From: Nitrososphaerota archaeon
GTDB taxonomy: Archaea > Thermoproteota > Nitrososphaeria > Nitrososphaerales > UBA57
NCBI GenBank assembly: GCA_013306035.1
Contig: JABUBF010000006.1
Coordinates: 1-32,000 of the forward strand
Length of the DNA stretch: 32,000 nt
Direction: 5' to 3'
Shown here in pieces: positions 24,151 through 32,000 of this stretch. A program made the position numbers and the translations under genes. The notes beneath the pieces were generated by a model. The model was not told the origin of the DNA. It saw only the letters and a list, made by a program, of their open reading frames with translations, and did not search any database. The stretch's first letter is position 1. Every line of letters starts with the position of its first letter.

Positions 24151-25869
24151 CTAAAATATCTGTGGCTCTTTCCATTCTCCAAAGACCTGCCTTCCTACGT
24201 CAACTATTTCTTGTAGTGTTGCATACGCTTGTACTGCCTTTATTGTATCATACATACAATTTTTATCATTATTCTCATATGTCTTTCTTAAATTCTCTAA
24301 TGCCTCGTTTACTTTTTTACTGTCTCTATTTCTCTTAAGCTCATTTAATCTGTTTATCTGAATCTTTTGCGCTTCATTATCTACTTTTAGTATCTCAATC
24401 TTGTCTTCTTCTATTTCTGCATATTTATTCACACCGACAATTACTTCTTTCTCTTTTTCTATATCTAATTGACTACGATAAGCTGTTTCCGCAATTTCTT
24501 TTTGCAGATATCCTTTTTCTATTGCGCTGATTACTCCTCCTATCTCATCAATCTTTTCAAAATATCTATAGGCTTTTTCTTCTAATTCGTTTGTCAGATG
24601 TTCTAAATAATATGATCCCCCCAAAGGATCTACAGATTGTGCTACCCCTGTTTCTTCTGCGATTATTTGTTGAGTTCTTAATGCAACTTTAACCGCTTGT
24701 TCAGTTGGCAATGCCCATGCCTCATCATAAGAATTTGTATGTAAAGACTGTGTACCCCCTAATACTCCTGCAAGTGCCTCAATTGCCGTTCTAACAATAT
24801 TGTTCATTGGTTGTTGCCAAGTTAATGAAGCGCCAGACGTTTGTGTATGAAATCTTAATGCTAAAGACGATCCTTTTTTTACTCCATATTTTTCTTTCAA
24901 TACAGTTGCCCATATTCTTCTCGCCGCTCTGAATTTTGCTATTTCTTCAAAGAAATTCATCGTACAATTGAAAAAGAATGATAATCTGGGCGCAAATTCT
25001 TCTACTTTTAAGCCTGCTTTTTGACCCAATTCTAAATATGTAAATCCGTTTGCTAATGTAAAAGCCAATTCTTGTGCTGCATTTGATCCTGCTTCTCTTA
25101 TGTGATATCCACTAATACTTACATAATTCCATTTTGGCATTTCTTTCGTACAATATTTCATCATATCACGAATTATTCTCATATGATCTTTTGGTGGATA
25201 CGCCCATTCTTTTTGTGCAATGTATTCTTTTAGAATGTCAGTTTGAACCGTTCCTCGTAATTCATTTAATGAAATATTATTCTTTAATGCTACAGATGCA
25301 TACATTGCAGTCAATATAGACGCAGGTGCATTAATTGTCATTGAAGTACTTACTTTATTCAATGGAATTTCTTTAAATAAAACTTCCATATCTTCAAGAG
25401 AAGATATATTGCATCCACATTTTCCTACTTCGCCTTTTGATCTATCGTTGTCTGCATCATACCCATATAATGTTGGCATATCGAATGCAATACTTAAGCC
25501 AGTCTGTCCATTCTTTATCAAATACTTCAATCTATTATTTGTGTCCTCGGGTGTTCCAAATCCAGAAAACATTCTCATAGTCCATTTTTTTCCTCTATAC
25601 ATATTTGGATATGGTCCTCTAGTATATGGAAATTCACCGGGCATTGAATAATCTTGATTTCCCTGTAAATCCGAATGTGAATATGATGTCTTTACGTCTA
25701 TTTCTGACGTAGTAGAAAAATCATTGTTATTATTTGCGTTTTTTTTATTCCAAGGGTCTAAAACCTCATTTTCCCATCTCTTTATATTTTCATTTGATTT
25801 ACTGTTTTCCTCTTTAATTTTAGTTAATTGATTTATCTTATTCTTCCAGTAATTTTCCGTCTCAAGCAA
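24151..25869 (-). CDS. Methylmalonyl-CoA mutase large (catalytic) subunit
   Basis: PGEFPYTRG, RMFSGFG, SIAFDMPT, TINAP and RFHTQTSG motifs. The start is apparently TTG. Confidence 0.95.
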   Translation of the reverse strand: MLETENYWKNKINQLTKIKEENSKSNENIKRWENEVLDPWNKKNANNNNDFSTTSEIDVKTSYSHSDLQGNQDYSMPGEFPYTRGPYPNMYRGKKWTMRMFSGFGTPEDTNNRLKYLIKNGQTGLSIAFDMPTLYGYDADNDRSKGEVGKCGCNISSLEDMEVLFKEIPLNKVSTSMTINAPASILTAMYASVALKNNISLNELRGTVQTDILKEYIAQKEWAYPPKDHMRIIRDMMKYCTKEMPKWNYVSISGYHIREAGSNAAQELAFTLANGFTYLELGQKAGLKVEEFAPRLSFFFNCTMNFFEEIAKFRAARRIWATVLKEKYGVKKGSSLALRFHTQTSGASLTWQQPMNNIVRTAIEALAGVLGGTQSLHTNSYDEAWALPTEQAVKVALRTQQIIAEETGVAQSVDPLGGSYYLEHLTNELEEKAYRYFEKIDEIGGVISAIEKGYLQKEIAETAYRSQLDIEKEKEVIVGVNKYAEIEEDKIEILKVDNEAQKIQINRLNELKRNRDSKKVNEALENLRKTYENNDKNCMYDTIKAVQAYATLQEIVDVGRQVFGEWKEPQIF

Positions 25870-25994
25870 TATTATTAATCCCTATGTAAAAACTAAAAAT
25901 ACTACTTTAATTCATTTCGGTATTATCAAATAAAAATTCGTCAAATGGCAAAGTTATCAAATTATATATTTACCATAATACAAAATATTAGCCT

Positions 25995-26936
25995 ATGACT
26001 AATGATTTTATTAGTTCTATATTGTCAGGTGACAGGCGAGCTATTGCAAAAGCAATTTCTATGATTGAAAACGAAGATTCAAAAATTAGTAATATAATCT
26101 CTGAAATATATCCAAAAACTGGAAATGCCTTTGTTATAGGTATTACTGGACCGCCAGGTACTGGAAAAAGCACATTGATTAATCGATTAATTGAAAATTA
26201 CCGTAAACTTGATAAAAAAATCGGTGTTATTGCAATAGACCCTTCTAGTCCTATCACCGGCGGTTCATTATTAGGTGATCGATTACGTATGAGTAATCAT
26301 AATCTAGACCCTAATGTATACATTCGAAGTATGTCTTCTGGAGATAAATCTGGAGGTTTATCTCGTTATACTAGACGAAGTTTATCTATTCTTGATGCTT
26401 CAGGACTTGATATAATAATTGTAGAAAGTGTCGGCGCTGGACAATCTGAAGTTGATATATTAAAAATTACGGATGTCGTAGTAATTGTCTTGATGCCTGA
26501 ATTGGGGGACGATATTCAAATTTACAAAGCAGGTCTTATGGAAGTTGGAGATATATTTGTAGTAAATAAATCAGACCTTGACAGTTCCGACCAAATGTAT
26601 ACAAAATTACTTAATGCATCAAAAATAAAAAATGACAAATGGATGACACAAGTGATTAAAACTAATTCTATAACCGGTTCTGGCATTGATCGTCTTATTA
26701 CTTCAATATCTGAAAGGAAAAAATTTATTACAGAATTATCCGTACATACCTCGATTAATGAAAATAGAATAAAAAATGAAATTCTTGATGTTATGTTGGA
26801 TGATTTTTCTAAATCATTAAGTAAGAAAATACTAAATCACTCTGATTTTCAGAATATTGTAGATCAAGTATTAATGAAAAAAATGGATCCTGAACAGGCT
26901 GCGACGATACTGAAAAAACGACTTAATTATGAGTAA
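25995..26936 (+). CDS. meaB: MeaB/ArgK G3E-family GTPase (methylmalonyl-CoA mutase chaperone)
   Basis: GITGPPGTGKSTL (P-loop), AIDPSSP.TGGSLLGDR, VESVGAGQSE and NKSD. It is divergent from the mutase genes. Confidence 0.9.
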   Translation: MTNDFISSILSGDRRAIAKAISMIENEDSKISNIISEIYPKTGNAFVIGITGPPGTGKSTLINRLIENYRKLDKKIGVIAIDPSSPITGGSLLGDRLRMSNHNLDPNVYIRSMSSGDKSGGLSRYTRRSLSILDASGLDIIIVESVGAGQSEVDILKITDVVVIVLMPELGDDIQIYKAGLMEVGDIFVVNKSDLDSSDQMYTKLLNASKIKNDKWMTQVIKTNSITGSGIDRLITSISERKKFITELSVHTSINENRIKNEILDVMLDDFSKSLSKKILNHSDFQNIVDQVLMKKMDPEQAATILKKRLNYE

Positions 26937-26941
26937 TTTCT

Positions 26942-27691
26942 CTATTCTCCTCTATCAATTATTCTTGAAATTGAAGCAATAACTTCTACTATTCCTTCAT
27001 TATTTACAGTCGATGTCGGTATCAACTCATCTATGATATTGGATTCTACAACACTCTCTGCCATTCTACTCGTCAGATCATATATTTCTCCCCCTTCCTT
27101 GAGATCATCTAATAATTCTGAAAAATCATCCGCCCATTTCAATATTCTGGCTTGTTCATCTTTTATTAAATCCTTTTTTGTTAATATTGATACCTGTGGT
27201 ATTCCTAACCTCAACTTTATTGAACTTGCTAAAAGAGCAATCGATAGAAAAGTTGATGGATCAGAGACTAATGTAGAATCAAATAAAAATAAATTCACAT
27301 TTGCCTCATTTCTTATATTCTTAACAAAATATGGTCCACTATTTCTATATGCAAATAATTCAATCTGCCCCGGAGTATCTATGAATACATAATCTGGATT
27401 ATATTCATCTATTTCTTCTTCGATTTGTTCTAATTTAGTTGCAATTAAATCAGAAGCTAAAACCAAAGATCCATTTGGCCCTAGATTATATTTGTCCATA
27501 ATCTCTTTCAAATTTATATAATCTCTAATATCTACATCAATTCCATATGGTACGTTGCTTACTCCCGGATCCAGATTGACAGTAATTACATTTTTACTTT
27601 CTTGTTGATACCAGTTAGATAAAATTCCAGTTAAGTTACTTTTTCCTGAACCTGCGGTTCCTGTTAAAAATATATTCTTCATCTGTAACAA
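26942..27691 (-). CDS. GPN-loop GTPase
   Basis: GTAGSGKS P-loop, NLDPG, the LGPNGS (GPN) motif, DTPGQIE and TKKD. Confidence 0.8.
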   Translation of the reverse strand: MLQMKNIFLTGTAGSGKSNLTGILSNWYQQESKNVITVNLDPGVSNVPYGIDVDIRDYINLKEIMDKYNLGPNGSLVLASDLIATKLEQIEEEIDEYNPDYVFIDTPGQIELFAYRNSGPYFVKNIRNEANVNLFLFDSTLVSDPSTFLSIALLASSIKLRLGIPQVSILTKKDLIKDEQARILKWADDFSELLDDLKEGGEIYDLTSRMAESVVESNIIDELIPTSTVNNEGIVEVIASISRIIDRGE

Positions 27692-27754
27692 TTATTTTTG
27701 TGCTATTTAGTTTTTTATAAAGAGTTAAGCGTAATAATATATATTTTTATGTTT

Positions 27755-28555
27755 ATGAAGTTTGAAATTATCTCAATAGGTAATGAACTTCTTTCTGGCA
27801 GAACATTAAATTCCAATCTACAAACCATTTGTCAGAAACTTACAGACATTGGTTGTAATGTTTCACGTTCTTATGTTATTCGAGATGATCCTACTGAAAT
27901 TTCTCATGTTTTGAATTTATGTATTTCCAGTGATTCTGACTGGATTATTATCTCTGGCGGTCTTGGACCAACTTTCGACGATATGACTCTATCATGCATC
28001 TCTTCTACCCTCAATTTACCTCTAGAAATCAACGATATTGCACTGGAAATGATAATCACAAGGTATACTGATTTGGTCAAAAAGAATATTATTGAATTTT
28101 TCTCTCTTACTGACAGCAGGAAAAAAATGGCTATGCTCCCAAAAAATTCAATTCCCTTGAAGAATAACGTTGGTACTGCTCCTGGGGTATTGATTAAATA
28201 TGAAAATAAAAATATTGTTTGCCTCCCTGGGGTTCCTAAAGAAATGGAAAGTATTCTGATTAACGAGGTATTGCCAACTATTGATACTAATAAAATCAAT
28301 AAAATAAAATCAAAAGTACTATTTATTACTGGAATTACTGAATCGGAACTTGCTCCAATTATTAATGATTTTATATTAAATCGAAATAACTTGTATATAA
28401 AATCTCATCCAAAAGGAATTTCTAACGGTGTTTATCACATTGAACTTGTTATATCGTTCCAATCAAATGATTTCTCTGACTCTTTGATTAATTCAATCAT
28501 TAAAGACTTGATTACTTCTATAAAAATAAAAACAAATATTACTGTTGATGAATAG
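27755..28555 (+). CDS. CinA-like MoCF/molybdopterin-binding domain protein (COG1058-type)
   Basis: MKFEIISIGNELLSGRTLNSN...ISGGLGPTFDDMT...PGVPKEM is typical of the CinA N-terminal domain. The track ORF starts at 27698, but the hydrophobic extension overlaps a TATA-like run (27732-27748). ATG 27749 or 27755 is preferred. Confidence 0.7.
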   Translation: MKFEIISIGNELLSGRTLNSNLQTICQKLTDIGCNVSRSYVIRDDPTEISHVLNLCISSDSDWIIISGGLGPTFDDMTLSCISSTLNLPLEINDIALEMIITRYTDLVKKNIIEFFSLTDSRKKMAMLPKNSIPLKNNVGTAPGVLIKYENKNIVCLPGVPKEMESILINEVLPTIDTNKINKIKSKVLFITGITESELAPIINDFILNRNNLYIKSHPKGISNGVYHIELVISFQSNDFSDSLINSIIKDLITSIKIKTNITVDE

Positions 28556-28557
28556 CA

Positions 28558-28773
28558 CTATTTCTTTTTCTTATCGGACAGCCACCATTGAAGATAATCA
28601 TTTCCTCTTTGTGAATTGTCATCATCGTCATATTGTTTGTCTCTTATCTTGTCTCTCAGATTTACTAATTCATCTCTACTTAAAAATAACCCACAACTTT
28701 TACATGCCATTTTTCTTGTCGAATAATCAAAATTCATAGATCTATCACATTCGGGACATTTCGTTATAGCCAT
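28558..28773 (-). CDS. Small Zn-ribbon protein with acidic/basic tail
   Basis: CPEC-x15-CKSC four-Cys ribbon. I prefer the internal start MAITKCPEC at 28773, because TTTAAATATAAGG (28803-28791, minus strand) sits about 25 nt upstream, suggesting a leaderless mRNA. The track ORF extends to 28860. Confidence 0.5.
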   Translation of the reverse strand: MAITKCPECDRSMNFDYSTRKMACKSCGLFLSRDELVNLRDKIRDKQYDDDDNSQRGNDYLQWWLSDKKKK

Positions 28774-28790
28774 TAATAAATTCGCTTTAT

Positions 28791-28803
28791 CCTTATATTT
28801 AAA
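28791..28803 (-). promoter_or_regulatory. Consensus-like archaeal TATA box (TTTAAATATAAGG on minus strand) for the Zn-ribbon gene
   Basis: It matches the TTTAWATA consensus, centred about 25 nt upstream of ATG 28773. Confidence 0.4.
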
Positions 28804-28964
28804 ACTGTTCAAATAAATCATGCATAAATTTACTACTGATGTTGTTATGTGTGATTTCACAAAATACTAGTTTATTATATGAATATTGGTTATATGTATA
28901 GTAAAATCAATAATAATTGAACAAACGTAAGGTTAATATAGCCATGATTGAATAAATATAATTC

Positions 28965-30155
28965 ATGGTTGCTGGAGATATAGCTTGGCTTTTAACAGCC
29001 TCGGCACTAGTATTGCTCATGACACCTGGACTCGCTTTTTTTTATGGCGGTTTGGTAAGAGCAAAAAACGTTCTAAATTTAATGACTCAATGTTTCATGA
29101 TTATGGGACTTGTTAGCATTATCTGGGTTCTTTGGGGTTATTCATTAGCGTTCGGTCCTTCGATCGGCGGTTTTGTAGGAAATCCATTAACCCATCTTGG
29201 ATTGGCAGGAATCAGTGGAGCTGAAGCTCAAAGCTTTGCAATGTTCCAAATGATGTTTGCTATCATTACACCTGCACTAATTGTTGGTGCAATAGCTGAT
29301 AGATTCAAATTTACAACACTTATTGTGTTTGTTGCTTTATGGTCGACATTAGTATATTCACCTATTGCTCACTGGGTGTGGGGAGAAGGAGGATGGTTAT
29401 TCACAATGGGAGCACTTGACTTTGCTGGCGGAACTGTAGTTCACATATCCTCAGGTTTCTCTGCACTGGTAGCTGCTATTGTAGTAGGAAAGCGCAGTGG
29501 AAAGCTTGACAAATTCAAACCACATAATATTCCATATGTCTTACTAGGAACTGGTTTACTCTGGTTCGGTTGGTTTGGTTTTAATGCAGGAAGTGCACTT
29601 GCAGCAAATGATGTTGCTGTTAATGCATTTCTTGTAACTAATACTTCTGCTGCTGCAGGAGCACTTATGATGATGTTCCTAAGCATGCGTTCAACAGGAA
29701 AACCAAGTGCAGTAATGTTTGCCTGTGGAGCAGTAGCTGGACTAGTTGCTATCACACCTGCATCAGGATTTGTCGGCCCTGTAGCTGCAATTCTTATTGG
29801 TGCTGGAGTTGGGCTTGTCTCATGGTTTGCAATTCAGTTCAAAAATAAACGTGGATGGGATGATTCTCTAGACGTATGGGCTGTTCATGGAATGGGCGGT
29901 GTCTGGGGAGCATTAGCAACAGGTTTGTTTGCCTCATCTGCTTATGGCCTTGGCGTTGATGGAATCTTTAGCGGTGGTGATATCTCAGTATTTACAACTC
30001 AGATTATTGCAGTTGTTGCAACTATTGCCTATGCTGGAACCGTAACTTTCATACTATTGAAAGTTCTCGATAAGACCATTGGTTTACGTGTAGATGCCAA
30101 AGACGAAGAAGCTGGAATGGATATCTCTGTTCATGCTGAAGAAGCATACAACTAA
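28965..30155 (+). CDS. amt: Ammonium transporter (Amt/MEP/Rh family)
   Basis: LLMTPGLAFFYGGLVRAKN, DFAGGTVVHISSG, FGWFGFNAGS and VHGMGGVWG signatures. 11 TM segments. Confidence 0.95.
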   Translation: MVAGDIAWLLTASALVLLMTPGLAFFYGGLVRAKNVLNLMTQCFMIMGLVSIIWVLWGYSLAFGPSIGGFVGNPLTHLGLAGISGAEAQSFAMFQMMFAIITPALIVGAIADRFKFTTLIVFVALWSTLVYSPIAHWVWGEGGWLFTMGALDFAGGTVVHISSGFSALVAAIVVGKRSGKLDKFKPHNIPYVLLGTGLLWFGWFGFNAGSALAANDVAVNAFLVTNTSAAAGALMMMFLSMRSTGKPSAVMFACGAVAGLVAITPASGFVGPVAAILIGAGVGLVSWFAIQFKNKRGWDDSLDVWAVHGMGGVWGALATGLFASSAYGLGVDGIFSGGDISVFTTQIIAVVATIAYAGTVTFILLKVLDKTIGLRVDAKDEEAGMDISVHAEEAYN

Positions 30156-30164
30156 TCATAAATT

Positions 30165-30210
30165 GAATCAATCGAATTTAATATTCGATTGATTCTTTAT
30201 TTATTTATAC
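30165..30210 (+). terminator. 13-bp perfect hairpin (GAATCAATCGAAT-TTAAT-ATTCGATTGATTC) followed by a T-rich tract, 10 nt after the amt stop
   Basis: Arms 30165-77 and 30183-95 are exact reverse complements, followed by TTTATTTATTTAT. Confidence 0.45.
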
Positions 30211-30275
30211 ATAAGGTAATATTATTAACAATACTCTCTCAATCAATTGTGATTATATTGTCTGAATGGATTGTT

Positions 30276-31145
30276 ATGTCCGGACCATCATCTATAGAAC
30301 TCTCTACTTCTATTTCTGACTCACTTGGAATTGAATTATTTGAAGTTGAGAATAAATCATTTCCAGACGGTGAACATAAAGTTCGTATACATAGTGAAGT
30401 TCAAAATAAAAATATAATTCTTGTACAATCTCTATATCCATTAGTAGATCATCATTTTATGCAGTTTCTATTCACTACCTACAAATTGAGCCAGATGGGT
30501 TCAAAAGTTTATGCTTGTGTTCCATATCTTGCTTATGCACGTCAAGATTTAGAATTTCAACGTGGGGAAGTTGCCAGTCTTGCCGTTGTATCTAGATTAT
30601 TTCGATCAATCGGCGTGAATTCATTATTAACTGTTGATATTCACAGTACCCATGGCTTAGGATACTTTTCCTTTCCAACTTACAGCGTTTCTGCAATGCC
30701 TTTATTGGCTAAATATGTAGAAAATAATCTTGATTTGAATTCTCCACTTGCAGTATCTCCTGATTTTGGAGGTTCTTCTCGCGTAGAAGCTTTCTCTAAA
30801 TTACTTGACATAGAGTTTATTTCTCTAAAAAAGACTCGTAGCCGAACCACTGGGGAAGTTATCATGGAAGAAAGCAATGTGGAAGTTAAAGGACGTGATG
30901 TATTATTGGTGGATGATATGATTAGTACAGGCACAAGTATTGTTCGTGCAGCTAATTACTTGAAAAAACTTGGCTCAAAACGTATTATAACTCTTTGCAC
31001 TCATGCCTTACTGGTAAATGACGCTGTTGATGCTATCAAAGCTGCGGGAGTTGATGAAATTATCTCTACTAATACAATTCCTAATGACGTGAGTAAAATA
31101 GATGTTACTGAAATCATCGTCGACCACTACAAATCCTTACGATAA
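30276..31145 (+). CDS. prs: Ribose-phosphate pyrophosphokinase
   Basis: FPDGEHKVRI, YLAYARQD and the PRPP loop VLLVDDMISTGTS. The track start at 30189 adds a hydrophobic, non-homologous extension. ATG 30276 is preferred, and GTG 30249 or TTG 30258 are possible. Confidence 0.8.
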   Translation: MSGPSSIELSTSISDSLGIELFEVENKSFPDGEHKVRIHSEVQNKNIILVQSLYPLVDHHFMQFLFTTYKLSQMGSKVYACVPYLAYARQDLEFQRGEVASLAVVSRLFRSIGVNSLLTVDIHSTHGLGYFSFPTYSVSAMPLLAKYVENNLDLNSPLAVSPDFGGSSRVEAFSKLLDIEFISLKKTRSRTTGEVIMEESNVEVKGRDVLLVDDMISTGTSIVRAANYLKKLGSKRIITLCTHALLVNDAVDAIKAAGVDEIISTNTIPNDVSKIDVTEIIVDHYKSLR

Positions 31146-32000
31146 TTCCTTTATCAGTATTTTTGTCTTATCTGGGGATTTTCCACAACTTGGAAGGAGC
31201 GAACTAATCTCTATCCTTGAATCCAATGATATTCATTATGACATTGTGGATGAGAATTCTAGAATAATTATTCTTTCATTTGTAAATTATAAAAATTATT
31301 ATGAAGATTTGTTCAAAAGAATTGCTTATTGTAACTATTTCGGAACTCTTTTATTTACTTACGATATTAATTCTAGCAATCTACATCCTCACGCAAATAG
31401 TATCACATACCTTAAAAATTATCAAACATTTTCAGTTAGAAAAATAAATGTCTCAACTAAACTTGATAATACATATGAAAGCATTATTGGAGGATTGATT
31501 AAAAATCTAACTCCACATCTGAACGTAGATTTAACTTCTCCTGATGTTAGTTTGATCGCTTGTAAATTCAATAATTTACTACTGATCTTCTCAAATCATT
31601 TAATTTCTAGTGAACCTCGTTGGATTAATCGTCGACCTCGGGCTCGCCCATTTTTTCTTCCATTTGCCATACATCCAAAATTATCTCGAGCTCTGGTTAA
31701 TCTGTGCAGATTAAATCCTGGACAAATACTTTTAGATCCATTTTGCGGAACGGGTAGTATAGGTATTGAATCATGTTTACTTAATGTCCATTTTATTGGC
31801 ATTGATATCTCAAAAAAGATTTGTTTTGGAGCACAGCGAAATTTCACTCATTTTAATTTAGAAAATTCTAATATTATTCATGCAGATTCATTAAATATTC
31901 CTCTTTCTTCTATTGATGGGATTGTTACTGATTTTCCTTATGGTAGAAGCACCATCAAAAAATTCTCTGATAATGTGAAATTTATGGATAAATTTTTTGA
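31102..32000 (+). CDS. THUMP-domain tRNA (guanine-N2) methyltransferase, Trm11/Trm-G10 family; C-terminus cut by window edge
   Basis: Own translation gives FVLSGDFPQLGRSELISILES..., then LDPFCGTGSIGIE (SAM motif I) and IVTDFPYG (motif IV). The frame is open from ATG 31102 to the window end. The start is uncertain, and 31102 would overlap prs by 44 nt. Confidence 0.75.
   Translation, partial: MLLKSSSTTTNPYDNSFISIFVLSGDFPQLGRSELISILESNDIHYDIVDENSRIIILSFVNYKNYYEDLFKRIAYCNYFGTLLFTYDINSSNLHPHANSITYLKNYQTFSVRKINVSTKLDNTYESIIGGLIKNLTPHLNVDLTSPDVSLIACKFNNLLLIFSNHLISSEPRWINRRPRARPFFLPFAIHPKLSRALVNLCRLNPGQILLDPFCGTGSIGIESCLLNVHFIGIDISKKICFGAQRNFTHFNLENSNIIHADSLNIPLSSIDGIVTDFPYGRSTIKKFSDNVKFMDKFF

Noticed and set aside
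25923-25962. 9-bp direct repeat TTATCAAAT, two copies 31 bp apart, in the divergent mutase/meaB promoter
   Set aside because: It is short and AT-rich within an AT-rich spacer, so a chance match is plausible. It overlaps expected TATA-like sequence, and I cannot distinguish it from background without comparative data.
27698-27754. N-terminal extensions of track ORFs (27698 for cinA-like, 28860 for Zn-ribbon, 30189 for prs)
   Set aside because: The extensions are hydrophobic or low-complexity, lack homology to the family N-termini and overlap TATA-like promoter sequence. Internal starts fit better.

Overview
AT-rich (roughly one-third GC by eye) archaeal chromosomal segment. The gene content fits an ammonia-oxidising thaumarchaeon (Nitrosopumilus-like); this is an inference from gene content, with no database search. 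About 40 tightly packed genes are present. They include a DEAD-box helicase with a Gly/Arg/Tyr repeat tail (cut by the left edge), fixC plus etfBA, and two convergent phosphohexomutases. A block of small membrane proteins is followed by a complete heme-copper oxidase and heme A module: coxC on the minus strand, then coxB-coxA-ctaA-(ctaG-like)-ctaB on the plus strand. Further right are pterin carbinolamine dehydratase, a tRNA gene, aEF-1alpha and a four-gene ABC importer. Next come the split methylmalonyl-CoA mutase with MeaB (3-hydroxypropionate/4-hydroxybutyrate cycle context), a GPN-loop GTPase, a CinA-like protein, a Zn-ribbon protein, an Amt ammonium transporter, Prs and a Trm11/Trm-G10-type tRNA methyltransferase (cut by the right edge). 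I saw no CRISPR array, transposase, integrase or recognisable defence genes. The most unusual item is the only GC-rich island (17343-17516). By hand-folding it is a tRNA-Tyr(GUA) gene interrupted by four bulge-helix-bulge introns, two of which flank a 6-nt T-loop micro-exon. Secondary curiosities are a duplicated poly-Asp/GSGSG insertion in the ABC substrate-binding protein, a half-size heme A synthase, a possible subunit-IIa-like ORF ahead of a one-helix CuA subunit II, a Cys-motif membrane protein in the oxidase neighbourhood, and perfect 63-bp coding tandem repeats in the helicase tail. All functional calls rest on motif recognition in the supplied or self-made translations.
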